A stretch of DNA of 64,000 bases. It comes from Candidatus Zambryskibacteria bacterium RIFCSPLOWO2_01_FULL_39_39. Lineage in GTDB: Bacteria > Patescibacteriota > Minisyncoccia > Phycocordibacterales > WO2-35-19. Below, in pieces: positions 47,118 to 57,413 of the stretch. The stretch lies in assembly GCA_001823925.1 (NCBI GenBank), contig MHWB01000009.1:25086-89085 (forward strand), in the 5' to 3' direction. The stretch's first letter is position 1; every line of letters begins with the position of its first letter. The notes below the pieces were generated by a model. It was not told the origin of the DNA, made no database searches, and saw only the letters and a list, made by a program, of their open reading frames with translations. A program made the position numbers and the translations under genes.

Positions 47118-48968
47118 ATGCAAGAATTGCTCAACTCACTTTCTGTGAATCTCGGGTGGATTCTTGGAACAATTCTGTTGTTCCTTGCCATCCTCGGCTC
47201 ACTAAAAATGGCTGCGAACAGGTACAAGAAAGTACCTCCCAGCAAGGTTGGTATCATCTATGGTCGTAAGCAGACCTACGAAATAACTGGTCCCGATGGA
47301 CAATCGAGACAAGAAAAACTCGGTTTCCGACTTCTTACTGGAGGGGGTGCTGTTGTATACCCCTTTGTGGAAGACTATGCTGAGATGGATCTTAGCGCTC
47401 GCTTGATTCAGCTTGAAGTAAGGAAGATTCCTACTCAGGGCGGAGTCATGGTGAATGCTAAAGGGACAGCGACTGTAATGATCGGGACGGATACTCCGAG
47501 CTTGATCACCGCAGCCCGCAGTTTCGAGGGAAAACGTGGTGAGGAAGTAAACCAAATCATTCGTGAGAACCTTGAAGGTCAACTCCGCTCAATCCTGGGT
47601 ACTCTCTCGATCGAAGATCTCATCAGCGATCGAGAGAAGCTCAACAAAGCAGTCCTCAAAGAGGCGGAGACCGAACTCTTGAAGCTTGGTCTGCGCATCA
47701 GCATCCTGACTATTCAGGAGATCAATGATGAAGTCGGCTACATCGAATCCCTTGGTAAGAAGCGAACTGCTGAAGTCCAGGGCGAAGCGACTAAAGGTGA
47801 AGCCGAAGCGAGAAGTAGAGCAGCGATTGCCGCTAGCAATGCGACGAAAGAAGCAGAACTGGTGGCGGCGCAAAACGAAGTGATTATCGCCGAGGCTCAG
47901 AAAAAACGCGATGTCCAAGTTGCGTTATTCAAAGCTGAGACTGAGCGTGAGCAGGCAACTGCTAATCAAGCGGGAGCCATCGCTGCAGCTGAAGCAGACA
48001 AGACGGTTCGTCAACGGAAAGTCGAAGCTGAAGCAGCTGAGACCACTGCACGTATTCAATTGGCCGATCAGGAAACTGCTCGTGTCGAAAAAGAACTGCA
48101 GTTCAAAGTCATCAAGCCGGCCGAAGCAGAGAAATTGGCGGTCTCGATTCGTGCCGAAGGTGTCAAAAATGGCGCGATTATCAAGGCTAACCAAGAGAAG
48201 GAAGCCGCAGTAATCAAAGCTGATGCTGACAAGACGGCAGCTGTACTCTCTGCCGAGGCGATCAGGACGACTGCGACGGCGCAAGCTGAAGCAGCTCGTC
48301 AAACAGGTCAAGGTGAAGCCGATGCACTCAAGGCCAAGCAGCTCGCTGCAGCCGAAGGTACCAAAGCTCAACAGTTGGCCGATGCCACTGGTATTGAAGC
48401 TAAGAAAAAGGCTGAAGCTGCGGGTCAGGAAGCCATGTTGCTTGCTAATGCCAGGGGCGTTAGGGAGCAAAAGCTCGCTGAAGCTGCTGGTACCGAAGCG
48501 GCACTCATGGCGGAAGCCAGAGGTAGTGAAGCCAAGCTACTTGCAGAAGCTAAAGGTAAGAAAGAGTTAGCGCTTGCACTTGCTGCACTCGATCCGACTG
48601 GTAAGCTCTTGCAGATTCTCGATGCAGCCCCCAAGGTTGCTGAGGCTATCGGCGACGCTCTCGCTAAGGCGCTTGGACCCGACGGTCTTGCCAACGTGTT
48701 CGGTCAGATGGCCGCACCGCTTGGTAGTGTTGACTCGATTCGGATGTATGATTTTGGTGGAAATGGTCAGGGTGGCAATGGTGCCGGTCCGCTGGCCAAG
48801 TTCGCCAATCTGACTCCGGACATGTTCTTCCAGTTTGTCTCCAAGGTGAAAGCTTTGGGATTCGGATCTCTACTCGAGAAATTCGGGCTGACCTCTGATA
48901 TCCTGGATGGAATGATTTCAACTCCTCCGACTGAAGGTCAACCGCCTGCAGTTTCGGAAAATAAGTAA
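47118..48968 (+). CDS. Flotillin/SPFH protein
   Basis: TM, GGAVVYP, LEGQLRSILG, long AEA-rich coiled coil. Confidence 0.92.
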   Translation: MQELLNSLSVNLGWILGTILLFLAILGSLKMAANRYKKVPPSKVGIIYGRKQTYEITGPDGQSRQEKLGFRLLTGGGAVVYPFVEDYAEMDLSARLIQLEVRKIPTQGGVMVNAKGTATVMIGTDTPSLITAARSFEGKRGEEVNQIIRENLEGQLRSILGTLSIEDLISDREKLNKAVLKEAETELLKLGLRISILTIQEINDEVGYIESLGKKRTAEVQGEATKGEAEARSRAAIAASNATKEAELVAAQNEVIIAEAQKKRDVQVALFKAETEREQATANQAGAIAAAEADKTVRQRKVEAEAAETTARIQLADQETARVEKELQFKVIKPAEAEKLAVSIRAEGVKNGAIIKANQEKEAAVIKADADKTAAVLSAEAIRTTATAQAEAARQTGQGEADALKAKQLAAAEGTKAQQLADATGIEAKKKAEAAGQEAMLLANARGVREQKLAEAAGTEAALMAEARGSEAKLLAEAKGKKELALALAALDPTGKLLQILDAAPKVAEAIGDALAKALGPDGLANVFGQMAAPLGSVDSIRMYDFGGNGQGGNGAGPLAKFANLTPDMFFQFVSKVKALGFGSLLEKFGLTSDILDGMISTPPTEGQPPAVSENK

Positions 48969-49032
48969 TTGGTCCAACCTTGGGCCGGGTGTTTCAGACA
49001 CTCGGCCCATATTTCTAGAAAAGGAGAAGGAA

Positions 49033-49476
49033 ATGAGGTACCCATTAATAGAAGGTGTGCCTGACGCTTTAGTTATCCACTGTGCCGACCCTCGATTTCA
49101 GACTGCTTTTCGCCAGTTTGTTCGTGAAGGGCTTGGTGTGCGAATGCCGATGGTTCTGGCACTTCCTGGTGTCACTAGCCATTTTGGTATGCAAGCAATG
49201 TTACCAAAAAATTGGTACGCATTGAAGGTAAGCATCCAAACTATGACGAGTCGACACGATGTTGCTCGTGTTATTCTCATCAATCACGACGACTGCAAAG
49301 GTTACGCCAAAATAGCAGGCCACCTTGGTGGTTTGTCGAAAATTGGTGTGGCCCAGAAGAAACATTTGCACGGTTTGGCAGAATTTGTCCGCAAGGAGTT
49401 TCTGCCAAACGCGCAATTTGAACTCTACCAAGCCCACATTGTGGGTAGCGAGGTTGAATTCGAAAAAATCCTATGA
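49033..49476 (+). CDS. Beta-carbonic-anhydrase-like protein
   Basis: HCADPRF (CxDxR) and HDDC (HxxC) Zn ligands. Confidence 0.75.
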   Translation: MRYPLIEGVPDALVIHCADPRFQTAFRQFVREGLGVRMPMVLALPGVTSHFGMQAMLPKNWYALKVSIQTMTSRHDVARVILINHDDCKGYAKIAGHLGGLSKIGVAQKKHLHGLAEFVRKEFLPNAQFELYQAHIVGSEVEFEKIL

Positions 49477-49503
49477 GCAGTTCTTTTGGATAAGGACTCT
49501 AAC

Positions 49504-49538
49504 ACCGGCGGGCGCATAGCGTCTCGCCGGTTTTTTTA
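49504..49538 (+). terminator. Intrinsic terminator
   Basis: ACCGGCG...CGCCGGT plus T-run. Confidence 0.75.
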
Positions 49539-49554
49539 TATAGATTTTTATAAA

Positions 49555-50490
49555 TTACCCTCTTACTTGAGTTGGGTAAGCGATAGGGTCTATAACTCTC
49601 TGGAAGCATTTCATACCCATACCGTGTGCCCAATTGTCATTTTCCATCATACCCCCTTTTACTGGATAACCAACCTGCATCACTCTTGGAGATTCTGAAT
49701 ACTGATTTTGGCCCATCATATTTTCGCGATTAAATTCTGCACAAAGTTCAAAAGACATCTCTCCAACTTTTTTATACTCATAAGGTTTGCCACTCTGTGA
49801 GTCAACCATCATATTTGGCCAGTTTTCTGGGACCATACCGTTCATTTGCCAATAATTTATAACTTGATATTGCAGATTTTGTAGATCAGAAATTTTTTGA
49901 TCATCGTATCTCATGAGTCTTTGTGTTTGCGGGCTACCTATTACAGAAAATCCTAAGATTATAAATACCAAGATAACAACTCCAGAAACTATCGCCCAAA
50001 ACTTTCTTCTTGCTGTTGGGATCTTTTCTCTTATATCATTTAAGTAATATCCAAACACAAGACCGGAGACAAGCAAGACAGAGAGAGCCTTGAGCAAGAA
50101 GCCGAGCGTAAGATCCTGTCCGTCTAGGAATTTATAAAGTACCGTCACCAAGTCTCCAGCGAGTATTATGCCCGCAACAAAGAGAGTGATGTATGTGAGC
50201 CACTTTCTTATTGGCAAATCTTTTTTCTCTGGAGATTCGTTGTAAGTTTTGTGTACAAAATAAGAAAGTAGTATAAAAATTGGGAAAACAATTAAGAGGG
50301 TTGCAACGGGCAAACTGATTTCTGATCCAGTCCTGAAGTATCCATAGTAGGTTGCCACTTCCGGATAAGCTTCATTTATTATTTTAAAAACCAAGTTGAG
50401 GAAGCTAATGACTGTAGTATAAAGAGCTACTATTGCTCCAAGGTGCAAAAAGAAATCTTTTGCCGTTGTGTGATTTTGATTATTTTCCAT
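49555..50490 (-). CDS. DUF5671-like membrane protein
   Basis: KDFFLHL, IRKWLTYITLF, GSP..R..DDQKISDL, FELCAEF. Confidence 0.75.
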   Translation of the reverse strand: MENNQNHTTAKDFFLHLGAIVALYTTVISFLNLVFKIINEAYPEVATYYGYFRTGSEISLPVATLLIVFPIFILLSYFVHKTYNESPEKKDLPIRKWLTYITLFVAGIILAGDLVTVLYKFLDGQDLTLGFLLKALSVLLVSGLVFGYYLNDIREKIPTARRKFWAIVSGVVILVFIILGFSVIGSPQTQRLMRYDDQKISDLQNLQYQVINYWQMNGMVPENWPNMMVDSQSGKPYEYKKVGEMSFELCAEFNRENMMGQNQYSESPRVMQVGYPVKGGMMENDNWAHGMGMKCFQRVIDPIAYPTQVRG

Positions 50491-50531
50491 AGATTTAAAT
50501 TAATATTAAGACTCTTAATTATACCACATTT

Positions 50532-51515
50532 TTATATCTTAAACTCAATCACCTCTCCGTCTTTGACAATATACTCCTTACCTTCTATACGGAGCAATCC
50601 TTTTTCGCGGGCATTTGCATAAGAGCCAGATTCCAAAAGCTTGTCCCACTCAATCACCTCTGCTCTTATAAATTTATCTTTAAAATCTGTGTGTATTGCG
50701 GTGCCGGCAATCGGCGCAGTAGAACCGCGTGGAGTTGTCCAGCCCCTAGTCTCGTCTTCTCCTGTTGTAAAGAAAGTTATAAGGTCCAATATTTCATAGC
50801 TCTTTCTTATGAGCTCATCAAAACCTTTTTCAAAAATTGGATCTACGACTACGTAAGGTCCGGGTATCTTATCTTTTATTTCTGTAATATTTCTCGATGC
50901 CGCTTCTGAAGTGTTGAGTACATAAAGAATGGGTTTTTGAGTCAAAAGGCGCAAGTTAGAAAGTTTGAAAGTTGGGCCAAGAAGTTTTCCTGCTTCTAAT
51001 ATTTTTTGAGCTTCTTTTAATTCCTCGTCCTCACTTATAGCTTCTTTCTTGCCGGCTCTGACATCTTTTACTAACCCTTCTCTTCTCTTTATAACTGTTT
51101 GCATATCAGCCAAGATAAGCTCAAGATTTATTGTCTCAATATCTCCAAGTGGGTCTATTTTGTTATGCACGTGGATTATATCTTTATCTTCAAATACTCT
51201 TACCATCTCAACTATCGCATCCACTTCTCTTATATGAGAGAGAAATTTATTACCCAAGCCCTCCCCTTCGGATGCACCTTTTACCAGTCCTGCGATGTCT
51301 GTAAATTCTATTACTGCGGAAATTTTTTTTGCAGATTTTGAAAATTCATTTAGTCTTTCAAGCCGTTCATCTGGCACAGGAACAATTCCTACACTCGGGT
51401 CTATAGTACAAAATGGGTAGTTCTCTGCGGGCACACTCTTTTTTGTAAGTGCATTAAAGAGCGTGGATTTGCCCACGTTTGGAAGCCCGACAATTCCTAC
51501 AGTAATATTCGCCAT
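50532..51515 (-). CDS. ychF: Ribosome-binding ATPase YchF
   Basis: GLPNVGKST, NYPFCTI, DIAGLVKGASEGEGLGNKFL, TGS domain. Confidence 0.96.
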   Translation of the reverse strand: MANITVGIVGLPNVGKSTLFNALTKKSVPAENYPFCTIDPSVGIVPVPDERLERLNEFSKSAKKISAVIEFTDIAGLVKGASEGEGLGNKFLSHIREVDAIVEMVRVFEDKDIIHVHNKIDPLGDIETINLELILADMQTVIKRREGLVKDVRAGKKEAISEDEELKEAQKILEAGKLLGPTFKLSNLRLLTQKPILYVLNTSEAASRNITEIKDKIPGPYVVVDPIFEKGFDELIRKSYEILDLITFFTTGEDETRGWTTPRGSTAPIAGTAIHTDFKDKFIRAEVIEWDKLLESGSYANAREKGLLRIEGKEYIVKDGEVIEFKI

Positions 51516-51565
51516 TCCATATTTATACCACAAAATACCCTTATTTTGCTTACCCTTTACACCTA

Positions 51566-51667
51566 TTGACTTTTAAGGTGTAATTTGCTATACTCAATGG
51601 CAGATTATCGGTGTATGCATTGGTACTGACCCGAGGGGTTGGTAGATGCAGAAATCGGTAAAATTGC
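51566..51667 (+). promoter_or_regulatory. Promoter plus long structured 5' leader
   Basis: TTGACT-17-TATACT; nested stems TTATCGGT/ATCGGTAA, TGCAT/ATGCA, TACTGACC/GGTTGGTA. Confidence 0.6.
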
Positions 51668-51691
51668 TTGTTTGAAATAGAAAGGAACGAC

Positions 51692-52807
51692 ATGAATCGC
51701 ATGTTCGTTTGCATGATCACTCTTGTGCTACTTCTCGGTTGCTTCGGCAATCTCGTGGCACAGGAAGATACCTACGTGGTTCAGAAGGGCGACAACCTTT
51801 GGAATCTCGCCGGTGCGCATCTTGACGATGCAAAGCTGTGGGAACAAATCTACAAGGACAACCCGTTCCTTCAAGAACCAGGTCGTCGTTTCCAGAAGGA
51901 AGGGATCGTCTATGTGATGGTTCGGCCCGGCGAAAAGTTGTACGGTTTGGAGAAAATTGGCATCACTGCCACAATGACTCCGATCGAACAACTTCGTCTG
52001 CCTCAACCGGAAGCGAAGATCTACCATGTTGCCACAACTCCTGCATGGGTTTGGTGGCCGCTGGCTCTCGCAATCGCTCTGATCATCGCTGCATGGCTCA
52101 TCTATCGGATGCTCACACGAGATCCGGTAAACTCGAGACCAGCGATGGTTCCGGGCGGAGTAACCGAAGCGACAGCGACAACCGCGATTCAAAGGGTTGC
52201 GGCTCGTACCGCTGGTTACACTCAGGAGCAATCGTTAGGTCAAAATGTCTACCAGCAGTTCACGATTATTCGTCGAACTGCCGGCCGGATCTGGGGCAAC
52301 ATGACTGTTCGTTATGCAGATGGTCGTTCAGTTCCGCGACGTCTCAATAGCGACCGTGCATACCAAGCGGAAGTCCGCTTTTCTGACGGTCACACCGAAA
52401 CACTGTACATGTTGCAGGGATGCGGTAACGATCTGCGCTACGGCGGTATCAGTCGGTATCTGCCAGGACCGGAATTCCGGTTTGAAGCAGATCCAGCACC
52501 TGTTGCTGTTCCGGCACAGCCTGTTCCCGAACCGGCCCCCGCTCCGGTAGCACCAGTTCCAGCACCTGTTGCTGAAGCTCCGGCCCCGGTGAGTGGTGAG
52601 TTCGTCCGTACCAAGGACACACCTACTACTCTACAACCTGACGGTGTGATTACGTTCGAGTTCAAACGCTCGAACAATGGCCAGCCGAACATGGTGCGAC
52701 TCCAAGGTATCGAAGCCGAAGAGTTCACTTTCTCGGTTGGTCCCGATGGCACTACTCTCCGATACCGCGAGGTTGAGGAAGAGCAATCTGTCGGCGCAAG
52801 CAAGTAG
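51692..52807 (+). CDS. LysM-domain membrane protein with Pro/Ala-rich linker
   Basis: Signal peptide, YVVQKGDNLWNLA..WEQIYKDN, internal TM. Confidence 0.85.
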   Translation: MNRMFVCMITLVLLLGCFGNLVAQEDTYVVQKGDNLWNLAGAHLDDAKLWEQIYKDNPFLQEPGRRFQKEGIVYVMVRPGEKLYGLEKIGITATMTPIEQLRLPQPEAKIYHVATTPAWVWWPLALAIALIIAAWLIYRMLTRDPVNSRPAMVPGGVTEATATTAIQRVAARTAGYTQEQSLGQNVYQQFTIIRRTAGRIWGNMTVRYADGRSVPRRLNSDRAYQAEVRFSDGHTETLYMLQGCGNDLRYGGISRYLPGPEFRFEADPAPVAVPAQPVPEPAPAPVAPVPAPVAEAPAPVSGEFVRTKDTPTTLQPDGVITFEFKRSNNGQPNMVRLQGIEAEEFTFSVGPDGTTLRYREVEEEQSVGASK

Positions 52808-52957
52808 TACCTTTGGGTCAGCACCACGTCGTGCTGACCCTCTCACCAGAGCACTTTATCCTGAGTTAAATCGAAGGATTCAAAATTTGAGTGTTGCGGT
52901 GGGAGTGAAATATATCCCTGTTCTTTCGAAATTAAATCTGAAGAGGAGAAGAAGATA

Positions 52958-53332
52958 ATGGTAATGACACAACGTCTCTCCGTTGAGGAGAGAATGACGC
53001 AGTTCAATCAACTGATGCGTGCGCACGGATACCGTCCGCCCACCAGAGAAGACCTCATTCCAGGAGAAGAAATGCTCATGGTTGAGGTCGAACGATTCAT
53101 GGAGTCTCACAATCAAGGATACAATCCTTCAATCATGGGCACCAAGATCAAGCTAGACGAAGAGCCGATCGTGATCTCGAATCAAAACCCCACCAAGGAA
53201 CATGTGATGTATCACTGCATCATGCCGGCGTGGGACGGTCAGTGCTTCGTCCCGATCGAGTCGTTTCTCGCGGTTGGCTACCACAAGGGTTGCTACGAGA
53301 ACGATACTCGGTGGGCCATCAGGGCTCGCTAA
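52958..53332 (+). CDS. Hypothetical protein
   Basis: GAGGAG SD; codon usage like neighbours. Confidence 0.65.
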   Translation: MVMTQRLSVEERMTQFNQLMRAHGYRPPTREDLIPGEEMLMVEVERFMESHNQGYNPSIMGTKIKLDEEPIVISNQNPTKEHVMYHCIMPAWDGQCFVPIESFLAVGYHKGCYENDTRWAIRAR

Positions 53333-53439
53333 ACTCCTCCCGGGACCAACACCAAGTCGTGTTGGTCCTTCCATCAAAGTTTTCTTTACGAAGAATATTT
53401 TGATGGGAGTAAAATCCATGTTCTTTGGAGAGGAATAGA

Positions 53440-53715
53440 ATGAGACACACTTTTCAGTTATGTGTGATATGTATCATCCTGACGCTGATTGGATGCCAAC
53501 ATGTTCAGGAGTACAACGCGCACCGTTTTGACAAGCAAATCGAGACCGCCAACAAACTCCTCAGGCACGAGGAAGTTCGTCTGAAGGATCTTATGGATCT
53601 CGATGGCGTATTTCCATACAAGGCGTTCCGTGAAGAACTCAAGAAAAGAGGGATGGATCAAAAGCAAATTCTGTTCCTCTGTTGCACTGACAACCGATAC
53701 GTAAGTATGCGATAA
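53440..53715 (+). CDS. Putative lipoprotein
   Basis: GGAGAGGA SD, LIGC lipobox; terminator at 53720-53760. Confidence 0.6.
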   Translation: MRHTFQLCVICIILTLIGCQHVQEYNAHRFDKQIETANKLLRHEEVRLKDLMDLDGVFPYKAFREELKKRGMDQKQILFLCCTDNRYVSMR

Positions 53716-53863
53716 CCAACCGCCCACAATGGACAAGATCCGTTGGAGGGCGGATTTTTGTTTATATAAAAATGTCCTTTTATAAAACTCCTGAATACAA
53801 AACCACTACGAATTTTTATAATTCTTTCAAAAATTTTTCCACAAAAAGAAAGCCGCTCGCAAT

Positions 53864-54838
53864 TTATTTTCTAGAAATTAAATTCAAAATAAGCTTAACC
53901 ACTTTTTCTTTATGAGATGGATCACTTTCGGCTACCATGATTGTAAGCGCGGTTAAAGCTGACGGAGTTAGTTTGGAAACGTCCAAAATTTTTGCTTGTT
54001 GTAAAAACCAAACAAAAGCAAAAGCTCCGCTTCTTTTGTTACCATCAATAAATGGATGATTTTTTACCATGAAATACAAAAGATGTGCCGCTTTTTCTTC
54101 AGCAGTTGGGTAAACTTCTTTACCACCAAATGATTGCATCACATTGCCTATAATACCGGAGACACTCCCCTGGTTTCTTTCAGTCCCGAATATATCATTC
54201 GCCTCTTCTTTTTCTAAAAGATTTCGCTTCAGCTCTCTTAGGCTGTCGGAGATTTTTTCGGCAGTAAGACCAACTTTTTTCTTGGTTAATTTCCCTTTTG
54301 GTAGAAGTTCTTTGTCATAAGCATCGAGCGAGAGCCACGTATCGGCAAAAAGAGAAACAAGCTCAACAACATCTTTTGAGTCAGTCGCAGATCCAGATGG
54401 AAGAAGCTTTTTTATATCTTCAACTACGCTCAAAAATTGCTCGTAGTTTTTGGCAATACGATTTCTGTTAATTGCGTATCCGTCTACGATATAACCCCGC
54501 AAAGTTTTGGTAGCCCATTTACGAAATTCTATTGCCACTTTAGAATTTGCTCTATACCCTACTCCCAAAATAACATCCAGTGAGTATAAAATAACGGGTT
54601 TATCGGAATTTGCATTATGCATTTTTTGCATATTGCTTTTTGGATCAATCTCCTTGTCTTTAAAAATATTGTTTATATGTCTTGAGATCACAGATTGATC
54701 AACATCAAAAAGCCGCACTATTTGCGCTTGTGTGGCCCAAATTGTTTCCTTGCCAAAATCACCCTTGAGCTCTATTGCTCCAGATTTTGCTTGATATATA
54801 ACGATATTATTCTTTATTTTCTTATCTACCTTTTTCAT
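53864..54838 (-). CDS. RhuM-like N-terminal domain plus Fic/Doc domain
   Basis: ETIWATQAQI, YSLDVILGVGYR, HPFIDGNKRSG. Confidence 0.9.
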   Translation of the reverse strand: MKKVDKKIKNNIVIYQAKSGAIELKGDFGKETIWATQAQIVRLFDVDQSVISRHINNIFKDKEIDPKSNMQKMHNANSDKPVILYSLDVILGVGYRANSKVAIEFRKWATKTLRGYIVDGYAINRNRIAKNYEQFLSVVEDIKKLLPSGSATDSKDVVELVSLFADTWLSLDAYDKELLPKGKLTKKKVGLTAEKISDSLRELKRNLLEKEEANDIFGTERNQGSVSGIIGNVMQSFGGKEVYPTAEEKAAHLLYFMVKNHPFIDGNKRSGAFAFVWFLQQAKILDVSKLTPSALTALTIMVAESDPSHKEKVVKLILNLISRK

Positions 54839-54925
54839 TATTACTTATATTTATAACACAAAATGTCCTTATTTTACGCACTACACGGTGAATGATGTAA
54901 AAAAAAGCCGAGAGGTCTCGGCGTT

Positions 54926-55462
54926 CTAAGAGGAGAAAAATTCCTCAGTTTTTCTTAAGGCCTCCAGATTTGGAGGATCAGTCATGAGCTCTCTGGCTCC
55001 TTCGATACTGGTCCACCTGGTGGCGTGAAATTCTTTTGGATCTACATTGAACTCTGATCCGTCTGTCGAGAAGCGATACCAGATATCCATATGCTCTTTG
55101 CAGGACTGAACTCGGTTTTCGATGGGCGTAATGGTGAGGAGGAAAGGTCTGATTTCTTCTTTGATTCTATCCTTAACTCCAAGCTCCTCCTCGATCTCTC
55201 GATTCAGTGTCCTCATGAGTGGCTCGCCTTTATCTATATGTCCACCCGGGAATAGCCAAAGGCCTGACTTCTTATGGTGAACAATGAACACTTCTTGTGT
55301 GGCTGGGTCATAAGGCAGAAAGTAACAGCAGAAGTGGCTCACATTGCCATCGTCCCTGGTTAAATCTCCTTTCTCCAGCCGCTCGAGCCAGTATTGAGAG
55401 ATCTGCTCATTACAGAGCTTTGGATCGATCACCGCTTTGATTTCTTCGTATAAAGTAGTCAT
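54926..55462 (-). CDS. NUDIX hydrolase
   Basis: PGGHIDKGE..NREIEEELG. Confidence 0.88.
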   Translation of the reverse strand: MTTLYEEIKAVIDPKLCNEQISQYWLERLEKGDLTRDDGNVSHFCCYFLPYDPATQEVFIVHHKKSGLWLFPGGHIDKGEPLMRTLNREIEEELGVKDRIKEEIRPFLLTITPIENRVQSCKEHMDIWYRFSTDGSEFNVDPKEFHATRWTSIEGARELMTDPPNLEALRKTEEFFSS

Positions 55463-55485
55463 ATTGTTCTTGGGTCAATTTACTC

Positions 55486-55827
55486 TCATTTCAATTCAAA
55501 AGCCAGCAGACCGAATTCTTTGATTTTTTCTTTGTAATTTGGGTAAGAATAATATCTCTTCTTTGCTTCTTCTTTTGAGCTAAGGTCCGGCATTATTTTC
55601 TTATACGGAATTTTTCTGAACATTGCATCAATGCTTTTGAAATGAGTCTTCTTGCTGATTGTTTTTGAAAACTTGTCTTTGCCACAGACAAAAATCAAGG
55701 TATCTCCTTTTTCGATTGGCTGATATTTTATTGTGGCAGCCCGGGTTTCCACGGCTTTGATGCCACTTCTTAATTCATCGAAGTTTTTCTTATCTACTGC
55801 CCTAAATCTAAGCGTCCAAGTTTTCAT
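55486..55827 (-). CDS. ASCH-domain protein
   Basis: FDELRSGIKAVETR, IEKGDTLIF. Confidence 0.8.
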   Translation of the reverse strand: MKTWTLRFRAVDKKNFDELRSGIKAVETRAATIKYQPIEKGDTLIFVCGKDKFSKTISKKTHFKSIDAMFRKIPYKKIMPDLSSKEEAKKRYYSYPNYKEKIKEFGLLAFELK

Positions 55828-56219
55828 TTTTTTGAAATTTCTGGAATTTTCTCTCTTGGTATTTTACGGACCATTACTTTTTTGAGTCCTTGCATATGGG
55901 CTTTTACAAGCCGATGCAAACCATCGAGAATAAGCCACCTGCCCTTGTTTTCCATAATATCAATCGGATATTTGAGATCGGCTTTTTGGATTTTTTTGTA
56001 ATGAACAGAGTGCTTATCTGGCTCATCAATTACTTCCCATGGTTTGAGGTTATAGTCGTCAGTATCTTCCACTTCCCAGAACGGAATATCAAAATGCCAG
56101 ATCAGATTCTGCATATCCATTTCTTCCGCGGGTATATCCAAAGCCCAAACTTTTTTGGAGTCCCAAGAGAAATCAAACCCAACGTCTTTAATTATTTGTG
56201 GTCTATCTTCCCATGCCAT
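55824..56219 (-). CDS. ParB/Srx-like domain protein
   Basis: ADLKYPI, ILDGLHRLVKA. Confidence 0.75.
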   Translation of the reverse strand: MAWEDRPQIIKDVGFDFSWDSKKVWALDIPAEEMDMQNLIWHFDIPFWEVEDTDDYNLKPWEVIDEPDKHSVHYKKIQKADLKYPIDIMENKGRWLILDGLHRLVKAHMQGLKKVMVRKIPREKIPEISKK

Positions 56220-56331
56220 ATCGAAAGTGTAATTAAAATTCTGACAAAAAGAAAGCTAAATTTAATCATATTTTAAATAAATAGCAAATTGACGAGTTAT
56301 TCTAAATATTGTATCTTCTTGCAAGAAAGGG

Positions 56332-56631
56332 GTGAGAGAGATGTTTTTGTTAGTCCTTTTCGTCATCACTCAGATAATAGACTGTGTCACTACATACATA
56401 GGGATAGTATATCTCGGAGGAGTTGAAGCCGTATTCATTACAAAGATACTGATGTCTATGTTTGGATTGATTGGAGGTTTGGCTATCACAAAAATTATGA
56501 TTGCATATGTCTATTACTATGGACACAAAAAGCGATCATTATATTTGAGATGTGGAATCATAGTGATATTTTCCATAGTATCGATCTGGAATTTCTATCA
56601 GATTAACAAAATAGTGCCTATCTTTGGATGA
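56332..56631 (+). CDS. Small membrane protein (DUF5658-like)
   Basis: QIIDCVTTYIG..GGVE; three TMs; TTGACG promoter upstream. Confidence 0.6.
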   Translation: MREMFLLVLFVITQIIDCVTTYIGIVYLGGVEAVFITKILMSMFGLIGGLAITKIMIAYVYYYGHKKRSLYLRCGIIVIFSIVSIWNFYQINKIVPIFG

Positions 56632-56719
56632 GCACTATTTTTTATACCCTGCTCAAGAAGTCAGATTATTTGTCGATCGATATAAAAATAAAAAAGCATT
56701 TTATGATAGGATATATAGG

Positions 56720-57361
56720 GTGAAATATTTTATTTTTTCTTTACCGAAGAATATTTTTAACAGCTTTAGGGGTAGAAATTTTAGTTTACATTTGCTTGCT
56801 TGGGTCCTCACCGCTGTATTAGTCATCTCTGGATTTGATTGGTACTACTTCTCTTCTACCAGAGCTTACTCTTTCAACAACTTATTTTTTCCCGCCATTA
56901 TTGTGGGTGGTATATTGCCGATAATTGGTCCACTTTTGATACTTCTAATTGGTCGACTTAGGAGAGATAAAAAAATAGAAATGCTTGCTTGGGTGCTTGG
57001 TCAAGCGGCGCTTGTGGGCTATCTTATCTCTTCTTCTTATAAAGCTCTTACTGGGCGTATCCCTCCACCTCACACAATAGTCGTGGATATAAGCAATCAA
57101 TTTAATTTTGGTTTTTTTAAAGAAGGAATTTTTTGGGGCTGGCCGTCATCTCACACTACTGTAGCTTTCGCTATGGCGTTTGCACTCATCACTCTCTACC
57201 CGAAAAATAAAATTGTGAGATTTCTCTCTTTTGTTTACGCGCTATATATAGGCATTGGCGTCTCTTTTGATATTCACTGGTTTTCAGAGTTTATAGCGGG
57301 AGCAATCATTGGGGCAGTTATCGGCATTGTAGTTGGTAAAAGTTTTAGTCAAAAAACTTGA
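56720..57361 (+). CDS. PAP2-family phosphatase
   Basis: KALTGRIPP, WPSSHT, HWFSE; likely GTG start at 56720. Confidence 0.85.
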   Translation: MKYFIFSLPKNIFNSFRGRNFSLHLLAWVLTAVLVISGFDWYYFSSTRAYSFNNLFFPAIIVGGILPIIGPLLILLIGRLRRDKKIEMLAWVLGQAALVGYLISSSYKALTGRIPPPHTIVVDISNQFNFGFFKEGIFWGWPSSHTTVAFAMAFALITLYPKNKIVRFLSFVYALYIGIGVSFDIHWFSEFIAGAIIGAVIGIVVGKSFSQKT

Positions 57362-57413
57362 GTTTGTAATTTAAATATTGAGGAGTATGCTGAATACAGA
57401 ATAGGAGGTCTTT

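Noticed and set aside
47202-52958. Many antisense and alternate-frame ORFs over the flotillin and LysM genes
   Set aside because: Shadow ORFs expected from GC-richer, biased codon usage
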